A DNA stretch of 64,000 bases from the NCBI GenBank assembly GCA_023266095.1, contig JAHFRV010000003.1, positions 29,444 to 93,443 of the forward strand. The letters are read 5' to 3'. Each line of letters opens with the position of its first letter. The stretch's first letter is position 1. Shown here piece by piece: positions 1 through 11,240 of the stretch. The DNA is from Gammaproteobacteria bacterium (GTDB taxonomy: Bacteria; Pseudomonadota; Gammaproteobacteria; DRLM01). Both the position numbers and the translations under genes were made by a program. The notes under the pieces were generated by a model. It did not search any database. It was given only the letters and a program-made list of their open reading frames with translations, and was not told the origin of the DNA.

Positions 1-328
1 AGCGAAGCGCAGTTGCGGCGTATTCAAGCGTGTTTTCATTATTTCAATAAAAAAGCCGACTTTGACGACGCGCAGCGGACTCGCCGAGCCGATTGAAGGG
101 TGCCGCCCGTCAGCTGCGGCCGGGCGGGTTTGGTAACCCGGCTGACGGTCGCGACCAGGCATCCTGTTTTGTTATTAACTCGACGATATTCATCGCCGGT
201 TTAATAACGGTAAGCTCTCGTAAAATCCACGGAGTATAATCGCCCGGTCAGCGGTGCCGTCGGCTACGTCCATGCCAGTTGGCGCCGGGGTCGGCGGGGT
301 GGCTTGCCGGGAGAAATAATCGAGAGGT

Positions 329-1561
329 GTGCGGGTGAAAATAGGAACGCCTTTGAGTCCGGGCGCGACGCGGGTGATGTTGCTGGGTGCCGGCGAGTTG
401 GGCAAGGAAGTGATCATCGCCTTGCAGCGGCTGGGAGTGGAAGTGATCGCGGTGGATCGTTATCCCAACGCACCGGGACATCAAGTGGCGCATCGCGCCC
501 ACGTCATCGACATGACCGACCCGCGGGCGGTGCGGGCGGTGGTGGAAGAGGAACGGCCGCATCTCGTCGTGCCGGAGATCGAGGCCATCGCCACCGAGGT
601 GCTGGCGGCCATCGAGCGGGATGGTCTGGCGGAGGTGATACCCACCGCCCGCGCCGTGCAGTTGACCATGAACCGTGAAGGCATCCGCCGCCTCGCCGCG
701 GAAGAACTGGAACTGCGCACCTCCCGTTACGCCTTCGCCGAAAGCCTCATTGAGTTGAAGTCGGCAATCGATGGCGCCATCGGCTATCCCTGTGTGGTCA
801 AGCCGGTGATGTCTTCGTCGGGCAAGGGCCAGTCGGTGGTCAACGATCCGCGCGAGGTGGCAGCGGCCTGGGACTACGCCATGAGTGCGGGACGCGTCGC
901 CAAAAGCCGGGTGATCGTCGAGGAGATGATCACCTTCGATTACGAGGTCACGTTGCTCACGGTGCGCGCGGTGGGCGACTCGGGTCAGGTGGAGACCTTT
1001 TTCTGTGAGCCCATCGGCCATGTGCAGATCAAGGGCGATTACGTGGAAAGCTGGCAGCCGCAATACATGAGCCCCAAGGCCTTGGCCAAGGCGCGGGAGA
1101 TCGCCGGCAAGATCACCGCCAACCTGGGCGGCCGCGGCGTGTTCGGCGTGGAGTTGTTCGTGAAGGGCGATGAAGTGTGGTTCAGCGAAGTCAGTCCGCG
1201 TCCGCACGACACCGGCATGGTGACCATGGCCAGCCAGGTCTTGAACGAGTTTGAACTCCATGCGCGGGCCATCCTCGGCCTGCCGGTGTCGACTGCTTTG
1301 CTGGCGCCGGGCGCCAGCGCAGTGGTGTATGGACAGTTGACGGAGACCGCCATCGCCTTCGAAGGCATCGATGAGGCCTTGCGGATCGCCGGCGTGGACC
1401 TGCGGTTATTCGGCAAGCCGGAATCCTTCGAGCGGCGGCGGATGGGCGTGGTGCTGGCGCGTGCCGACAACGTCCCGCAGGCGCGGGAGCGGGCCAAGCA
1501 GGCGGCGGCCAAAATCCGACCGGTGAGCGGCGAAATTCCGATGAGCGATCTGGGCGCGTGA
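329..1561 (+). CDS. purT: formate-dependent phosphoribosylglycinamide formyltransferase (GAR transformylase 2)
   Basis: 410 aa. Near-colinear with E. coli PurT as I remember it ([44 protein letters not shown] motifs, ATP-grasp). GTG start at 329; a GTG at 335 is also possible. Confidence 0.9.
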   Translation: MRVKIGTPLSPGATRVMLLGAGELGKEVIIALQRLGVEVIAVDRYPNAPGHQVAHRAHVIDMTDPRAVRAVVEEERPHLVVPEIEAIATEVLAAIERDGLAEVIPTARAVQLTMNREGIRRLAAEELELRTSRYAFAESLIELKSAIDGAIGYPCVVKPVMSSSGKGQSVVNDPREVAAAWDYAMSAGRVAKSRVIVEEMITFDYEVTLLTVRAVGDSGQVETFFCEPIGHVQIKGDYVESWQPQYMSPKALAKAREIAGKITANLGGRGVFGVELFVKGDEVWFSEVSPRPHDTGMVTMASQVLNEFELHARAILGLPVSTALLAPGASAVVYGQLTETAIAFEGIDEALRIAGVDLRLFGKPESFERRRMGVVLARADNVPQARERAKQAAAKIRPVSGEIPMSDLGA

Positions 1562-1562
1562 T

Positions 1563-2303
1563 ATGAAAACCGGACTCATCGTCATTGGTGATGAGATCTT
1601 GTCGGGCAAACGGCAAGACCGCCACTTTGCGCGGACCATCGAGTTGCTGCGCGAGCGGGGGATGGAGCTCGGCTGGTGCCGGATCGTAGGCGACGACCCG
1701 GCGCTGATCGTCGCCACCTTGCGGCAGACCATGGCGAGTCCCGATCTGGTGTTCAGCTGCGGCGGCATCGGTGCCACGCCCGACGATCACACCCGCCTTT
1801 GCGCGGCACGCGCCGCCGGGGTGGAATTGGCGCGGCATCCTGAGGCGGTGGCGGAAATGGAGGCGCGTTTCGGGCCGGGCCTCTCGCCCGCCCGCGACTT
1901 GTTGGCCCACTTGCCGGCGGGCAGTCAAATCATTCCCAATCCGTACAACCGGGTGCCGGGCTTCAGCATGGGCCATCATCATTTTCTGCCGGGATTTCCC
2001 GAGATGGCGTGGCCGATGATGGCCTGGCTGTTGGATCACCGTTATTCCCACCTGCATCGCGCCGCGCCGGACAGCGAGCGCATCCTGATCGTGCAGGCGC
2101 GCGAGGGGGAATTGCTGGAGATGATGGAGGATTTCGTCGCGCGTTATCCGGCGTGCCGCTTGTCGTCCTTGCCGGAATTGGGGCGGGAGCCGGTGTTGGA
2201 ACTGGGTGTGCGCGGCGCTTCCGCCGAGGTGGAGGCGGCGCTGCATTATTGGCAGGCGGGTTTGACGGCGCGCCATATCGTGTGGCGGGAAAAGTCACAA
2301 TAG
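1563..2303 (+). CDS. CinA-like / MoCF-biosynthesis (molybdopterin-binding) domain protein
   Basis: 246 aa. N-terminus LIVIGDEILSGKRQD and GGIGATPDD are typical of the CinA N-terminal/MogA-like fold. The start overlaps the purT stop. Confidence 0.65.
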   Translation: MKTGLIVIGDEILSGKRQDRHFARTIELLRERGMELGWCRIVGDDPALIVATLRQTMASPDLVFSCGGIGATPDDHTRLCAARAAGVELARHPEAVAEMEARFGPGLSPARDLLAHLPAGSQIIPNPYNRVPGFSMGHHHFLPGFPEMAWPMMAWLLDHRYSHLHRAAPDSERILIVQAREGELLEMMEDFVARYPACRLSSLPELGREPVLELGVRGASAEVEAALHYWQAGLTARHIVWREKSQ

Positions 2304-2318
2304 ATCGAGTCACGGGAG

Positions 2319-2663
2319 ATGATGATGAAAGTCCGAGAATTGCTCGAAGGTTGGCAGGACAGCAGCGCCGGCCGGCGCGTGACCAAGGAACTGTGCGTGC
2401 CGCTGCCCTTGTACGATCTCGCGCGTTTGATGGCCTTGGCGGAGTTGTATCCGGGCCGCGACCAGGCGCAGTTGCTGGCGGACTTGTTGTCCTCCGCACT
2501 GGACGAAGTGGCGGCGGCCTTTCCCTATGTGCAAGGCGGCAAGGTGGTGGCGGAAGACGACTACGGCGATCCACTTTATGAAGACGCCGGTTTGACGCCG
2601 CGTTTTTTGGCGCTGACACAAAAATATTTGAGTGCGTTGGAAACGGAAGCGGGGGAAGTTTGA
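2319..2663 (+). CDS. conserved hypothetical protein
   Basis: 114 aa ORF in the purT operon context, codon usage consistent. No family recognised with confidence. Confidence 0.4.
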   Translation: MMMKVRELLEGWQDSSAGRRVTKELCVPLPLYDLARLMALAELYPGRDQAQLLADLLSSALDEVAAAFPYVQGGKVVAEDDYGDPLYEDAGLTPRFLALTQKYLSALETEAGEV

Positions 2664-2899
2664 GTCTCGGCGCTTGAATGACTTCTCAGATGATCATTAA
2701 TAAACCGGTACTTCATCCGGACTCCCTGGCAAAGTACCGGGCGGCCTTGCTAAGAACCACCTGCCACAACGCCTATGTCTTGCGACTGTAGTATCTGATC
2801 GATACCGTGCGGCACGGCGGTGACGCTGTTGAATGACGCGGTCAACGTGAAACACGCTGTAACATGAGTTTGCCTCTTCGCGCCTTGGTCTTGGATATG

Positions 2900-3958
2900 T
2901 TAAACCGCGCCGAGCCGCTGCAAGGCGCTGAACACCGCCTCCGGACTCACCAGTTCCATGCAGCTGTGATGGCTGCAATGTTTGCGATAACAGTTGATGC
3001 AGTGAATGTCCGCTTGCAGGGCCAGCACATTGTCGCCGAGGGGTTTGACGCGGCGCGGATCGGTGGGGCCGCACACCACCACCTGCGGGGTCGTGGTGCT
3101 GGAGGCGACGTGGGCGGTGCCGGTGTCGTTGGCGACGATGCAACCGGCGTTTTCACAAATCGGCACCAAATCGAGGATCTCAGTGAGTCCGCAGAGATTG
3201 ACCGCCCAATCACCGCAGGCCTGCCGGATGCGTTGGCATTCTTCCATTTCATCTTTGGCGCCGAGGATCACGATGCGCTCATAGCCCGCCTCGCGCAGAG
3301 ACAGAGCGAGGGCGCTGTAGCGCAAGGCGCCCCAGCGTTTGAGATAACCCGCCGCCTGGCAGCCGGGCAGGAATACCGCGTAACGGCTGTCGGCGCCGAG
3401 GCCGTGGCTGCTCATTAGTTCGGCGGCGCGCCGGCGATGACGCGGCGGTACGAACAGCGCGGGTCGCGGCGTAACGGTGGGAATGCCGCCCGCCCGCAGT
3501 GCGGCGCGCAGATGCTCGAAGGCGTGCATCGTGGAGGCTTGCGGACCGGGCGCGATATTGTAGGGAAAACGGCGATGGGTGCCGAGGCGATAGGGCACCC
3601 ACGCGCCGCTGGCCAGCAGCAGGCCGTGCAGGATGCGGGCGCGGTCGGTGGATTGCAGATCGACGATCAAGTCGTAGTGTTCGCGCCGCACTTCGCGCAG
3701 CCATTGCAGCATGGCGCGTGCGCCCTCGCGCAGTGGGATGGCGATGACCTTGCGGAAGCGCGGATCGTCGTGGAACAGCGGCGCCCATGGCGGCAGGGTA
3801 TTGACGTCGATCTCCGCTGCGGGAAAGGCGCGGCGCACGTCCTCCATCAAAGCGGTGCTGATTACCACATCGCCCATCGCACTCCACTTCATGATGAGGA
3901 TGCGGCGGATCTCGCCGCGCGCCGGCAGGTCGATCATGCGCTCATTCCCGGTAGACAT
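2900..3958 (-). CDS. ADP-heptose:LPS heptosyltransferase (glycosyltransferase family 9)
   Basis: 352 aa. N-terminal RILIMKWSAMGDVV resembles the GT9 RILVIRLSSLGDVV motif. Lies in the heptose/Kdo cluster. The start could be an internal Met (about 3937). Confidence 0.75.
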   Translation of the reverse strand: MSTGNERMIDLPARGEIRRILIMKWSAMGDVVISTALMEDVRRAFPAAEIDVNTLPPWAPLFHDDPRFRKVIAIPLREGARAMLQWLREVRREHYDLIVDLQSTDRARILHGLLLASGAWVPYRLGTHRRFPYNIAPGPQASTMHAFEHLRAALRAGGIPTVTPRPALFVPPRHRRRAAELMSSHGLGADSRYAVFLPGCQAAGYLKRWGALRYSALALSLREAGYERIVILGAKDEMEECQRIRQACGDWAVNLCGLTEILDLVPICENAGCIVANDTGTAHVASSTTTPQVVVCGPTDPRRVKPLGDNVLALQADIHCINCYRKHCSHHSCMELVSPEAVFSALQRLGAV

Positions 3959-4895
3959 CGGGTGCTCCCGGTGGACGGGTCTTGAAGCGGCGGTGCACCC
4001 ACAGATATTGCTCGGGGATACGGCGCACTTGCGCCTCGATGGTTTGATTGATGCGGGTGGCGTCGGCGATCAGGTCGCCGCTGGGGTAATCCGCCAGCGG
4101 GGGCTGGAGGGTGAGGCGATAACCCGCATCGCCGGGCAGACGCTGCGCCAGCAGCGGGATCACCGGCGCACCGCTGGTCTGGGCGATGCGCGAGGTGGCC
4201 GTGATGGTGGCGGCGGGCACACCGAAGAAGGGCGCGAAGCCGCTGAGCTTGCCGGCGTAGTTTTGATCGGGGGCGTACCACAGCGCCTGATTGTTTTTGA
4301 GGGCGCGGTACATGGCGCGCATATCGGTGTGGGGGACGATGGCGGCGCAATAACGGCGGTGCGCCGCTTCCTGATAACGCTGGTAGAGCGGATTTTTATG
4401 CTGGCGATAAGTGGCGTGCAGCGGGGTGTGCATGGACAATAGCCGTGCGATCAATTCCATGGTGGTGAAGTGACCCATCAGCACGATGGCGCCATTGCCT
4501 CGCGCGTAGGCGGCGTGCAGGTGTTCGAGGCCTTCTACTTGTACCCGCGGCCGTAATTTTTCCGTGGCGGTGAACCAGCTCATCGCGGTTTCGACGACGG
4601 CGAGGCCCACTGATTCGAGGTGCTTGCTGAGTAACCGGCGCCGCTCGCTGTCGCTGAGTTCCGCCAGGCAGAGGCGGAGATTCACTTCGGCTATATGACG
4701 GCGGCGTCCGCCGACGATGTTCAGCAGACGCCCCAGCCCGCGCCCCAGTGCGAGCTGCGCGCGGAAGGGTAATTGCGCCAGACACCACATGAGACCCAGC
4801 ACCAGCCAAGTGGGCCAGTAGCGGGGTGATAGAAAACGCGAATTGGCGGGCGGGGTATCGGTCACGATGAATGGACGAAATGCATAAGCGCGCAT
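3942..4895 (-). CDS. lipid A biosynthesis lauroyl/myristoyl acyltransferase (LpxL/HtrB/MsbB family)
   Basis: The long ORF 3942..5486 is trimmed to the Met at 4895 (MRAYAFRPF...). The 318 aa product is colinear with the LpxL family (N-terminal TM, HxxxxD-type acyltransferase region). The upstream 197 aa are Arg/His-rich junk. Confidence 0.8.
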   Translation of the reverse strand: MRAYAFRPFIVTDTPPANSRFLSPRYWPTWLVLGLMWCLAQLPFRAQLALGRGLGRLLNIVGGRRRHIAEVNLRLCLAELSDSERRRLLSKHLESVGLAVVETAMSWFTATEKLRPRVQVEGLEHLHAAYARGNGAIVLMGHFTTMELIARLLSMHTPLHATYRQHKNPLYQRYQEAAHRRYCAAIVPHTDMRAMYRALKNNQALWYAPDQNYAGKLSGFAPFFGVPAATITATSRIAQTSGAPVIPLLAQRLPGDAGYRLTLQPPLADYPSGDLIADATRINQTIEAQVRRIPEQYLWVHRRFKTRPPGAPDVYRE

Positions 4896-5147
4896 TCTAC
4901 CGGCCGTGCCCGCCGCCGCGCAAAGGTCGGCGTGTTGCCAAGAACGGTATTGATAAAGCCTCACGCGACAGACCATGTACTCCGCCGGTTCAGGCCGCCA
5001 ACCCTCCTTGAAAAGGCAGAACCACCCCGTCCGCTTCGCGTCCACCCCTCCTTTATGAGGAGGGGTGCCCCGACGGGGCGGGGTGGTGAAGGATGTGGCA
5101 TTGTCAATGAATGTCTTAGTAAGATACGCGCCAACCGAGAGGCAGCG

Positions 5148-6569
5148 ATGACGATCCATATTCCCAATTTCGACAAGGCCCGCGTGCTGGTGGTCGGCGA
5201 TGTGATGCTCGACCGGTATTGGCATGGCACGACCTCGCGCATCTCGCCCGAGGCGCCGGTGCCGGTGGTGCGGGTCGAGCAGGCCGAGGATCGTCCCGGC
5301 GGCGCGGGCAATGTGGCCTTGAACATCGCCGCGCTGGGTGCGGTGGCCAGCCTGATCGCCGTCACCGGCGAGGACGAGGCGGCGCGCACCCTCACCCAGC
5401 AGCTCAGCGTCGCGGGCGTGACCTGTGATTTCGAACGGCTGCCCGGCGTGCCGACGGTGACCAAGCTGCGGGTCATTTCGCGGCACCAGCAGTTGATACG
5501 CCTCGATTTCGAAAGCAGCCTGCCGGGCTTCGCCCCCGCCGTGCTGATCGCCCGTCTACGCGAGGCCCTGCCCGCTACGGATGTCGTGCTATTGTCCGAT
5601 TACGGCAAGGGCGCGCTGGCGGCGGTGGGCGAATTGATCGCGGCGGCGCGCGCCGCCGGCAAACCGGTGCTGGTCGACCCCAAGGGCCGCGACTTCAGCC
5701 TCTATCGCGGCGCGACGCTGGTGACGCCCAACCTCGCCGAGTTCGAGGCGGTGGTGGGCGCCTGCCGCGATCAAGATGAGTTAGTGAATAAAGGTATGGC
5801 CTTGCTGGAGGCGCAGCAATTCGAGGCGCTGCTGATCACCCGCGGCGAACAGGGCATGACGTTGCTGCAACGCGGCAAAGAAGCATTACACTTGCCCACC
5901 CGCGCGCGCGAGGTGTATGACGTCACCGGCGCCGGCGACACGGTGATCGCCGCGCTGGCGGCGGCGCTGGCGGCGGGCGAATCCTTGCCGCAGGCCACCG
6001 CCTTCGCCAATCTCGCCGCTGGCATCGTGGTGGGCAAGCTGGGCACGGCGACGGTGAGCGTGCCGGAGATCCGCCGCGCCCTGCGCGAAGACTTCACGCC
6101 GGAACGCGGCGTGTTGAGCGAAGAACAATTGTTGGCGGCGGTGGCCGACGCCCGCGCCCACGGCGAGACGGTGGTGATGACCAACGGCTGTTTCGACATT
6201 CTGCATGCCGGGCATGTCGCCTATCTGGAGGCGGCGCGTAAACTGGGTGATCGGTTGATCGTCGCGGTCAACGATGACGATTCAGTGCGCCGTCTCAAAG
6301 GCGCGACGCGGCCGCTGAATAGTTTGGATCACCGCATGGCGGTGGTAGCGGCCTTGAAGAGCGTGGATTGGGTCGTGCCGTTTTCCGAAGACACGCCGGA
6401 GCGCTTGATTTGCAGAGTGCTGCCGGATTACCTGGTGAAGGGTGGCGATTACCGGCCCGAACAAATCGCCGGCCAGCGTTGCGTCACCGAACACGGCGGC
6501 GAGGTGGTGATCCTCGATTTCATCGAAGGCCATTCCACCACCCGGATCATCGAGCGTTGCAAACTGTGA
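5148..6569 (+). CDS. hldE: bifunctional D-beta-D-heptose 7-phosphate kinase / D-beta-D-heptose 1-phosphate adenylyltransferase
   Basis: 474 aa from [24 protein letters not shown]. PfkB kinase N-domain plus cytidylyltransferase C-domain ([16 protein letters not shown]). The ORF is trimmed from 4932. Confidence 0.9.
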   Translation: MTIHIPNFDKARVLVVGDVMLDRYWHGTTSRISPEAPVPVVRVEQAEDRPGGAGNVALNIAALGAVASLIAVTGEDEAARTLTQQLSVAGVTCDFERLPGVPTVTKLRVISRHQQLIRLDFESSLPGFAPAVLIARLREALPATDVVLLSDYGKGALAAVGELIAAARAAGKPVLVDPKGRDFSLYRGATLVTPNLAEFEAVVGACRDQDELVNKGMALLEAQQFEALLITRGEQGMTLLQRGKEALHLPTRAREVYDVTGAGDTVIAALAAALAAGESLPQATAFANLAAGIVVGKLGTATVSVPEIRRALREDFTPERGVLSEEQLLAAVADARAHGETVVMTNGCFDILHAGHVAYLEAARKLGDRLIVAVNDDDSVRRLKGATRPLNSLDHRMAVVAALKSVDWVVPFSEDTPERLICRVLPDYLVKGGDYRPEQIAGQRCVTEHGGEVVILDFIEGHSTTRIIERCKL

Positions 6570-6573
6570 GGAG

Positions 6574-7539
6574 ATGCCTGTGATCATCGTGACTGGTGGC
6601 GCCGGATTTATCGGCAGCAATCTGGTGCAGGCGCTCAATGCGCGCGGGCGTGGTGACGTGCTGGTGGTGGATAATCTCGAACGCGGCGAGAAATTCGTCA
6701 ACCTTGCCGATTGCGACATCGCCGATTACCTCGACAAAGACGACTTCATGACTCGCGTCGAGGCGGGCGGCGAGTTCGGCGGCAAGATCGAGGCGGTGTT
6801 CCATCAAGGCGCCTGTTCCGCCACCACCGAGTGGAACGGCCGTTATCTGCTGCGCAACAACTACCAATACTCGAAACGTTTGCTGCATTATTGTCTCGAG
6901 CGGCGTATCCCGTTCGTCTACGCCTCGTCGGCGGCGGTGTACGGCGCCGGGCCGGTGTTCAAGGAGGGACGCGAATACGAGGCGCCGCTCAACGTCTATG
7001 GCTATTCTAAATTTCAGTTCGACGCTTATGTGCGCGGGATATTGCCGCAGGCGTCCAGCCAAGTCGCGGGGCTGCGTTACTTCAATGTCTACGGTCCGCG
7101 CGAGCAGCACAAGGGCGGCATGGCCAGCGTGGCCTTTCATCTCAACAGGCAATGGTTGAACGGCGAGCACTTGAAGTTGTTCGAGGGCTGCGACGATTAT
7201 GATGACGGCGAACAGCGCCGCGATTTCATCTATGTCGGCGACGCGGTGGACGTCAATCTCTGGTTGCTCGATCAGACGGCGGTGTCCGGCATTTTCAACG
7301 TGGGCACCGGCCGCAGTCAGACTTTCAACGACGTGGCGCGGGCGGTGATCGCCTGGCACGGCGCCGGCGGGATTGAATACATCCCCTTTCCCGAATCCTT
7401 GCGCGGGCGTTATCAAAGTTTCACCGAGGCGGACATCGGCGCCTTGCGCGCCGCCGGGTATGACAAGACGTTTCTCAGTGTGGAGCAAGGCGTGAAGTTG
7501 TATCTCGATCAACTCAATCGCGGCCGGGTGCAGCCATGA
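6574..7539 (+). CDS. hldD: ADP-L-glycero-D-manno-heptose-6-epimerase
   Basis: 321 aa. N-terminal [13 protein letters not shown] Rossmann motif and an SDR/epimerase signature. Sits directly after hldE. Confidence 0.9.
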   Translation: MPVIIVTGGAGFIGSNLVQALNARGRGDVLVVDNLERGEKFVNLADCDIADYLDKDDFMTRVEAGGEFGGKIEAVFHQGACSATTEWNGRYLLRNNYQYSKRLLHYCLERRIPFVYASSAAVYGAGPVFKEGREYEAPLNVYGYSKFQFDAYVRGILPQASSQVAGLRYFNVYGPREQHKGGMASVAFHLNRQWLNGEHLKLFEGCDDYDDGEQRRDFIYVGDAVDVNLWLLDQTAVSGIFNVGTGRSQTFNDVARAVIAWHGAGGIEYIPFPESLRGRYQSFTEADIGALRAAGYDKTFLSVEQGVKLYLDQLNRGRVQP

Positions 7540-8093
7540 ACGACTTGGACTTGCAGCGGTCGGTGGCCGAACATCGCGCCGCGGTGGACGCGGTACTGCG
7601 CCTGGCGCCGCGCTTGGAGGCGGCGGTGGCGCTGCTCCGCGCGACCTTCACGGCGGGGCGGCGTTTATTCATCTGCGGTAACGGCGGTTCGGCGGCCGAT
7701 GCCCAGCACCTCGCCGCCGAACTCACCGGCCGTTTCGAAAAGGAGCGGCGCGGTTATCCCGCCGTCGCGCTCAATACCGATAGCTCGGCGCTCACCTCCA
7801 TCGGCAACGACTACGGCTTTGAGCAGGTTTTTGCCCGCCAGCTGGAAGCGCTGGCCGGCCGCGACGATCTATTGATGGCGATCAGCACCTCCGGCAACTC
7901 GCCCAATGTGGTGGCCGCGGTGCAACGGGCCCGTGCGCTGGGCCTGAACAGCATCGGCTTGTTGGGGCGCGACGGCGGGGTCTGCGCCGAACTGGTCGAT
8001 GTGCCGCTGGTGGTGGACGTGCCGCGTACCGCGCGTATCCAGGAGGCCCATATTCTGATCCTGCATTTGTTATGTGAGGGTTTGGATGGGTGA
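7536..8093 (+). CDS. gmhA: D-sedoheptulose 7-phosphate isomerase (SIS domain)
   Basis: 185 aa SIS domain ([24 protein letters not shown]). Overlaps the hldD stop. Confidence 0.8.
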   Translation: MNDLDLQRSVAEHRAAVDAVLRLAPRLEAAVALLRATFTAGRRLFICGNGGSAADAQHLAAELTGRFEKERRGYPAVALNTDSSALTSIGNDYGFEQVFARQLEALAGRDDLLMAISTSGNSPNVVAAVQRARALGLNSIGLLGRDGGVCAELVDVPLVVDVPRTARIQEAHILILHLLCEGLDG

Positions 8094-8142
8094 GCGCTTG
8101 AGACGCGTGACGCTCTCTCGCCCGCTTTGAGAATGGATCACC

Positions 8143-9393
8143 TTGCGCTACCTCTACAGCCTGCTGCTCTATTTGCTGATCCCCGCCGTCATCGCGCGCC
8201 TGCTGTGGCGCAGCCGCCGCGCGCCTGCCTATCGCCGCCGCTGGGCGGAGCGCTTCGGTTTCATTACGCCTTTGCCGGTCGCCGATGTGGTGTGGGTACA
8301 TGCGGTGTCGGTGGGCGAAACCTTGGCGGCGGCGCCGCTGATCAAGGCGCTGGTGGCGCGCGGGGTACCGGTGCTGGTGACGACGACCACCCCGACCGGT
8401 TCGGACCGGGTGCGGGCCTTGTTCGGCAATAGCGTGCAACACCTGTATTGCCCCTATGATTTGCCCGATGCGATGCGGCGTTTTTTGCGGCGGACCCGGC
8501 CCATGCTGGCGATCATCATGGAAACCGAGTTGTGGCCCAATCTTTTCCACGTCTGCGCCCGGGAAAAAATTCCGTTGATCGTCGCCAATGCCCGCATGTC
8601 AGAACGTTCGGCGCGGGCCTACGGCCGGCTGGCCAGTTTTACTCGCGCGATTCTGGCCGACGTGACGCTGGTGGCGGCGCAGGGCGAGGCCGACGCCGCG
8701 CGGCTGCGGGCCTTGGGTGCCCGCGACGTGCGGGTGACGGGCAATATCAAATTCGATCTGCATCTCCCCGCCAGTTTGCTGGAGCAGGCGGCGGTATTGC
8801 GCCGTGCCTGGGGCGAGGACCGCTTGGTGTGGGTGGCGGCCAGTACCCACGCCGGCGAGGATGAGCAGGTATTGGATGCCTTCGCGCGGGTGCGCCGCGC
8901 CGTGCCCGACTGTTTGCTGGTGCTGGTGCCGCGTCATCCCGAGCGTTTCGACGAGGTCGCCGCCTTGTGCCGCCAGTGCGGTTACGTGCTGGCACGTCGT
9001 ACCGACCCGGGGCTGGGTACGCTGGAGACCGCGGTGTTTCTAGTCGACCGGATGGGTGAGCTGCCGCTGTTTTACGCGGCGGGCGACGTGGCCTTCGTCG
9101 GCGGCAGTTTGGTGCCCACCGGCGGCCACAATGTGCTGGAGCCCGCAGCCCTCGGCAAGCCGGTGATCGTGGGACCGCATACCTTTAACTTTCTCGACAT
9201 CACCCGCCAGTTGCTCGCCGCGGGCGGGGCGGTGGAGATCGCCGACGCGGAGCAATTGACCGAAGCGGTGCTGAGTTATCTGGCGGATGCCAATCTGCGC
9301 GACGCCGCCGGGCGCAAAGGCCGCGCCTTGGTGGAACAAAACCGGGGCGCTCTGGCGCGGTTGCAGACTTTGTTGAACGAGTATTTGCCGTAG
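8143..9393 (+). CDS. waaA: 3-deoxy-D-manno-octulosonic acid (Kdo) transferase
   Basis: 416 aa, aligns with E. coli WaaA/KdtA (LLYTALLYL..., HAVSVGETLAA). Apparent TTG start. Confidence 0.85.
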   Translation: MRYLYSLLLYLLIPAVIARLLWRSRRAPAYRRRWAERFGFITPLPVADVVWVHAVSVGETLAAAPLIKALVARGVPVLVTTTTPTGSDRVRALFGNSVQHLYCPYDLPDAMRRFLRRTRPMLAIIMETELWPNLFHVCAREKIPLIVANARMSERSARAYGRLASFTRAILADVTLVAAQGEADAARLRALGARDVRVTGNIKFDLHLPASLLEQAAVLRRAWGEDRLVWVAASTHAGEDEQVLDAFARVRRAVPDCLLVLVPRHPERFDEVAALCRQCGYVLARRTDPGLGTLETAVFLVDRMGELPLFYAAGDVAFVGGSLVPTGGHNVLEPAALGKPVIVGPHTFNFLDITRQLLAAGGAVEIADAEQLTEAVLSYLADANLRDAAGRKGRALVEQNRGALARLQTLLNEYLP

Positions 9394-9459
9394 TGAAAGG
9401 CGCGCGCGGTGGATCGAGCAGTCTGAGTATTGAATATTTCGTGCGCTAAAGGGACGTGT

Positions 9460-9490
9460 CTCTGAAAAACCGATGAATGAATTTTCAGAG
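9460..9490. terminator. hairpin between convergent waaA and tolC-like genes
   Basis: 9-bp perfect inverted repeat ctctgaaaa / ttttcagag with a 13-nt loop. Confidence 0.4.
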
Positions 9491-9495
9491 GTTCC

Positions 9496-10857
9496 TCAAT
9501 TCAACCAGTGATTGATCTCTTCGAGATCCTTGGGCTCGAGCAGGCCCGCCGCCTGCCGTAGGCGCAGGGTGCTGAGGATGTAGTCGTAACGTACCCGCGC
9601 GTAATTACGCTGGGCGTCGAAGAGGTTGCGCCGGGACTGAACTACATCGACGGTGGTCCGGGTACCGACATCATAACCCGCCTCGGTGGCTTGCAGCGCG
9701 CTCTCACTGGAGATCCGCGCCTGTTTGAGGGCGTTGACGCTGTTGATGTTGTCGAGCACGCTGAGATAGGCGCTGCGGGTCTGGCGATCGATTGCACGGC
9801 GTTGCTGTTCCAGCGCCTCTTGGGATTGGATCAAACGGTATTGGCCCTCGCGGATACGGGCGACGGTGCCGCCGCCTTCGTAGAGTGGCAGGCGTAATTG
9901 CAGGCCGATGCTGCTGTCATATGATTCGCTACCACCGAAGCGGCCCGCCCCCACGTCGTTATAACCGTAGCTGGCCACCGCGTCGAGGGTGGGGTAGTGA
10001 CCGGCGCGGCGCTGTTCCGTTTCTTCGCGCGCGGCATCCACGGCGAACTGCGCGGCGATGAGTTGCAGATTCTGTTTGCCGGCGCTCTCCAGCCAGACCT
10101 GCATGTCGACCGGGTCGGGCGTCAGCAGGGGGATGGTCTCTTGCAGGGTGGCGAGGCTTTGCGGACTATAGCCGGTCATTTCCCGCAGCTCCTCCTTGCT
10201 GATGGCGAGGCGGGTTTCCGCGGCGATTTCCCGCGCTGCGGCGAGATCATGCGCGGCCTGCGATTCGTGTACGTCGGTGATGGCTATCAGCCCCACTTCA
10301 AAACGTTGCTTGGTTTGTTCCAGCAAACGCTGATTGGCGTTTTTTTCGGCGCGGGCGAACTCCAGATCATCGGCCGCGGCCAGGACTTTGAAATAGAGAT
10401 CTGCGCTACGCACCAGGAGGTTCTGCCACTCGGCGTCGTAATTGGCGAGAGCCTGGCCAATGGCGGCGTCAGCCTGGCGCAGATTAACCCAATAGTCGCG
10501 GCGGTAAACCGCCTGATTGAGGCTGAGACTGTAACTCTTGGTGGTGGAGTTGAAAGTGCCGGGCTGGAACAAGGGGCTGTCGCTGTTTTCGATCTCCTGC
10601 CGTTCACGCGAGAGACTGGCGGTGGCGGCGAGCTGCGGTAGCAGCCGGGCGCGGGCCTGCCCCTTGGTCTGGGCGACGGCTTGATAGGCGGCCTCGGCTT
10701 GTCGCAATTGCGGGTCGTTCTCCGCCGCCCGCTGATAAACCTCCATCAGATTGTCCGCCGTCGCGGCGCCGGACAGGGCGGTGAGGACCATGGCGCTGGC
10801 AAGGAAAACGACTCGAATCCTGGGCACGGGCACTTCCTTTGGTTTTATTGCTTTCAA
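9496..10857 (-). CDS. TolC-family outer membrane efflux channel
   Basis: 453 aa with a signal peptide. Two TolC-like repeats and a long coiled helical content, typical OMF length. Confidence 0.75.
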   Translation of the reverse strand: MKAIKPKEVPVPRIRVVFLASAMVLTALSGAATADNLMEVYQRAAENDPQLRQAEAAYQAVAQTKGQARARLLPQLAATASLSRERQEIENSDSPLFQPGTFNSTTKSYSLSLNQAVYRRDYWVNLRQADAAIGQALANYDAEWQNLLVRSADLYFKVLAAADDLEFARAEKNANQRLLEQTKQRFEVGLIAITDVHESQAAHDLAAAREIAAETRLAISKEELREMTGYSPQSLATLQETIPLLTPDPVDMQVWLESAGKQNLQLIAAQFAVDAAREETEQRRAGHYPTLDAVASYGYNDVGAGRFGGSESYDSSIGLQLRLPLYEGGGTVARIREGQYRLIQSQEALEQQRRAIDRQTRSAYLSVLDNINSVNALKQARISSESALQATEAGYDVGTRTTVDVVQSRRNLFDAQRNYARVRYDYILSTLRLRQAAGLLEPKDLEEINHWLN

Positions 10858-10860
10858 CTT

Positions 10861-11181
10861 TCAATAGGTCGGCATGTCGGAGTCCACTTCCTCGGCCCAG
10901 GCGTTGACCCCGCCCGCGAGATTGAGGACATTGCTGAAACCGATCTGGATCAGATAGGCGGCCACCCGCGCGCTGCGTCCGCCGTGGTGACAGATCACGA
11001 TGGTTTCTTGCGCGGGATCCAAGCCCGCGCTGGCCGCGGGTATCTGGTTCATGGGGATGTGTCGCGAACCCTCGATGCGGCAGATGGCCCATTCGTGGGG
11101 TTCGCGCACGTCGAGCAGCAGAGGTTTGGGGTCGGCCTTCTGGAGATACTCTTTGAGTTCGGTGGGGGTGATTTCTAACAT
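10861..11181 (-). CDS. rhodanese-domain sulfurtransferase (GlpE-like)
   Basis: 106 aa single rhodanese domain with an active-site Cys (IVICHHGGRS). Confidence 0.75.
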   Translation of the reverse strand: MLEITPTELKEYLQKADPKPLLLDVREPHEWAICRIEGSRHIPMNQIPAASAGLDPAQETIVICHHGGRSARVAAYLIQIGFSNVLNLAGGVNAWAEEVDSDMPTY

Positions 11182-11240
11182 CGCGCTGCTCTGGGCCTAT
11201 CGGATGAGTGTCAGATGGGCTTAGCTTAATAGGTGGTTCT

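Noticed and set aside
201-240. TATAAT hexamer at 235-240 upstream of purT as a promoter.
   Set aside because: No convincing -35 element lies at the right spacing, so it was not reported as a feature.
248-2619. Long antisense or alternative-frame ORFs (248..1261, 1191..2276, 1963..2619 and similar) overlapping purT and its neighbours.
   Set aside because: They are Arg/Ala/Gly/Pro-rich translations typical of the non-coding frames of high-GC DNA. They lie opposite or overlapping strongly supported genes.
4896-5486. N-terminal 197-aa extension of the lpxL-family ORF and the 72-aa extension of hldE.
   Set aside because: The extensions have no similarity and are Arg/His-rich. Proper Met starts align with the family N-termini ([26 protein letters not shown]).
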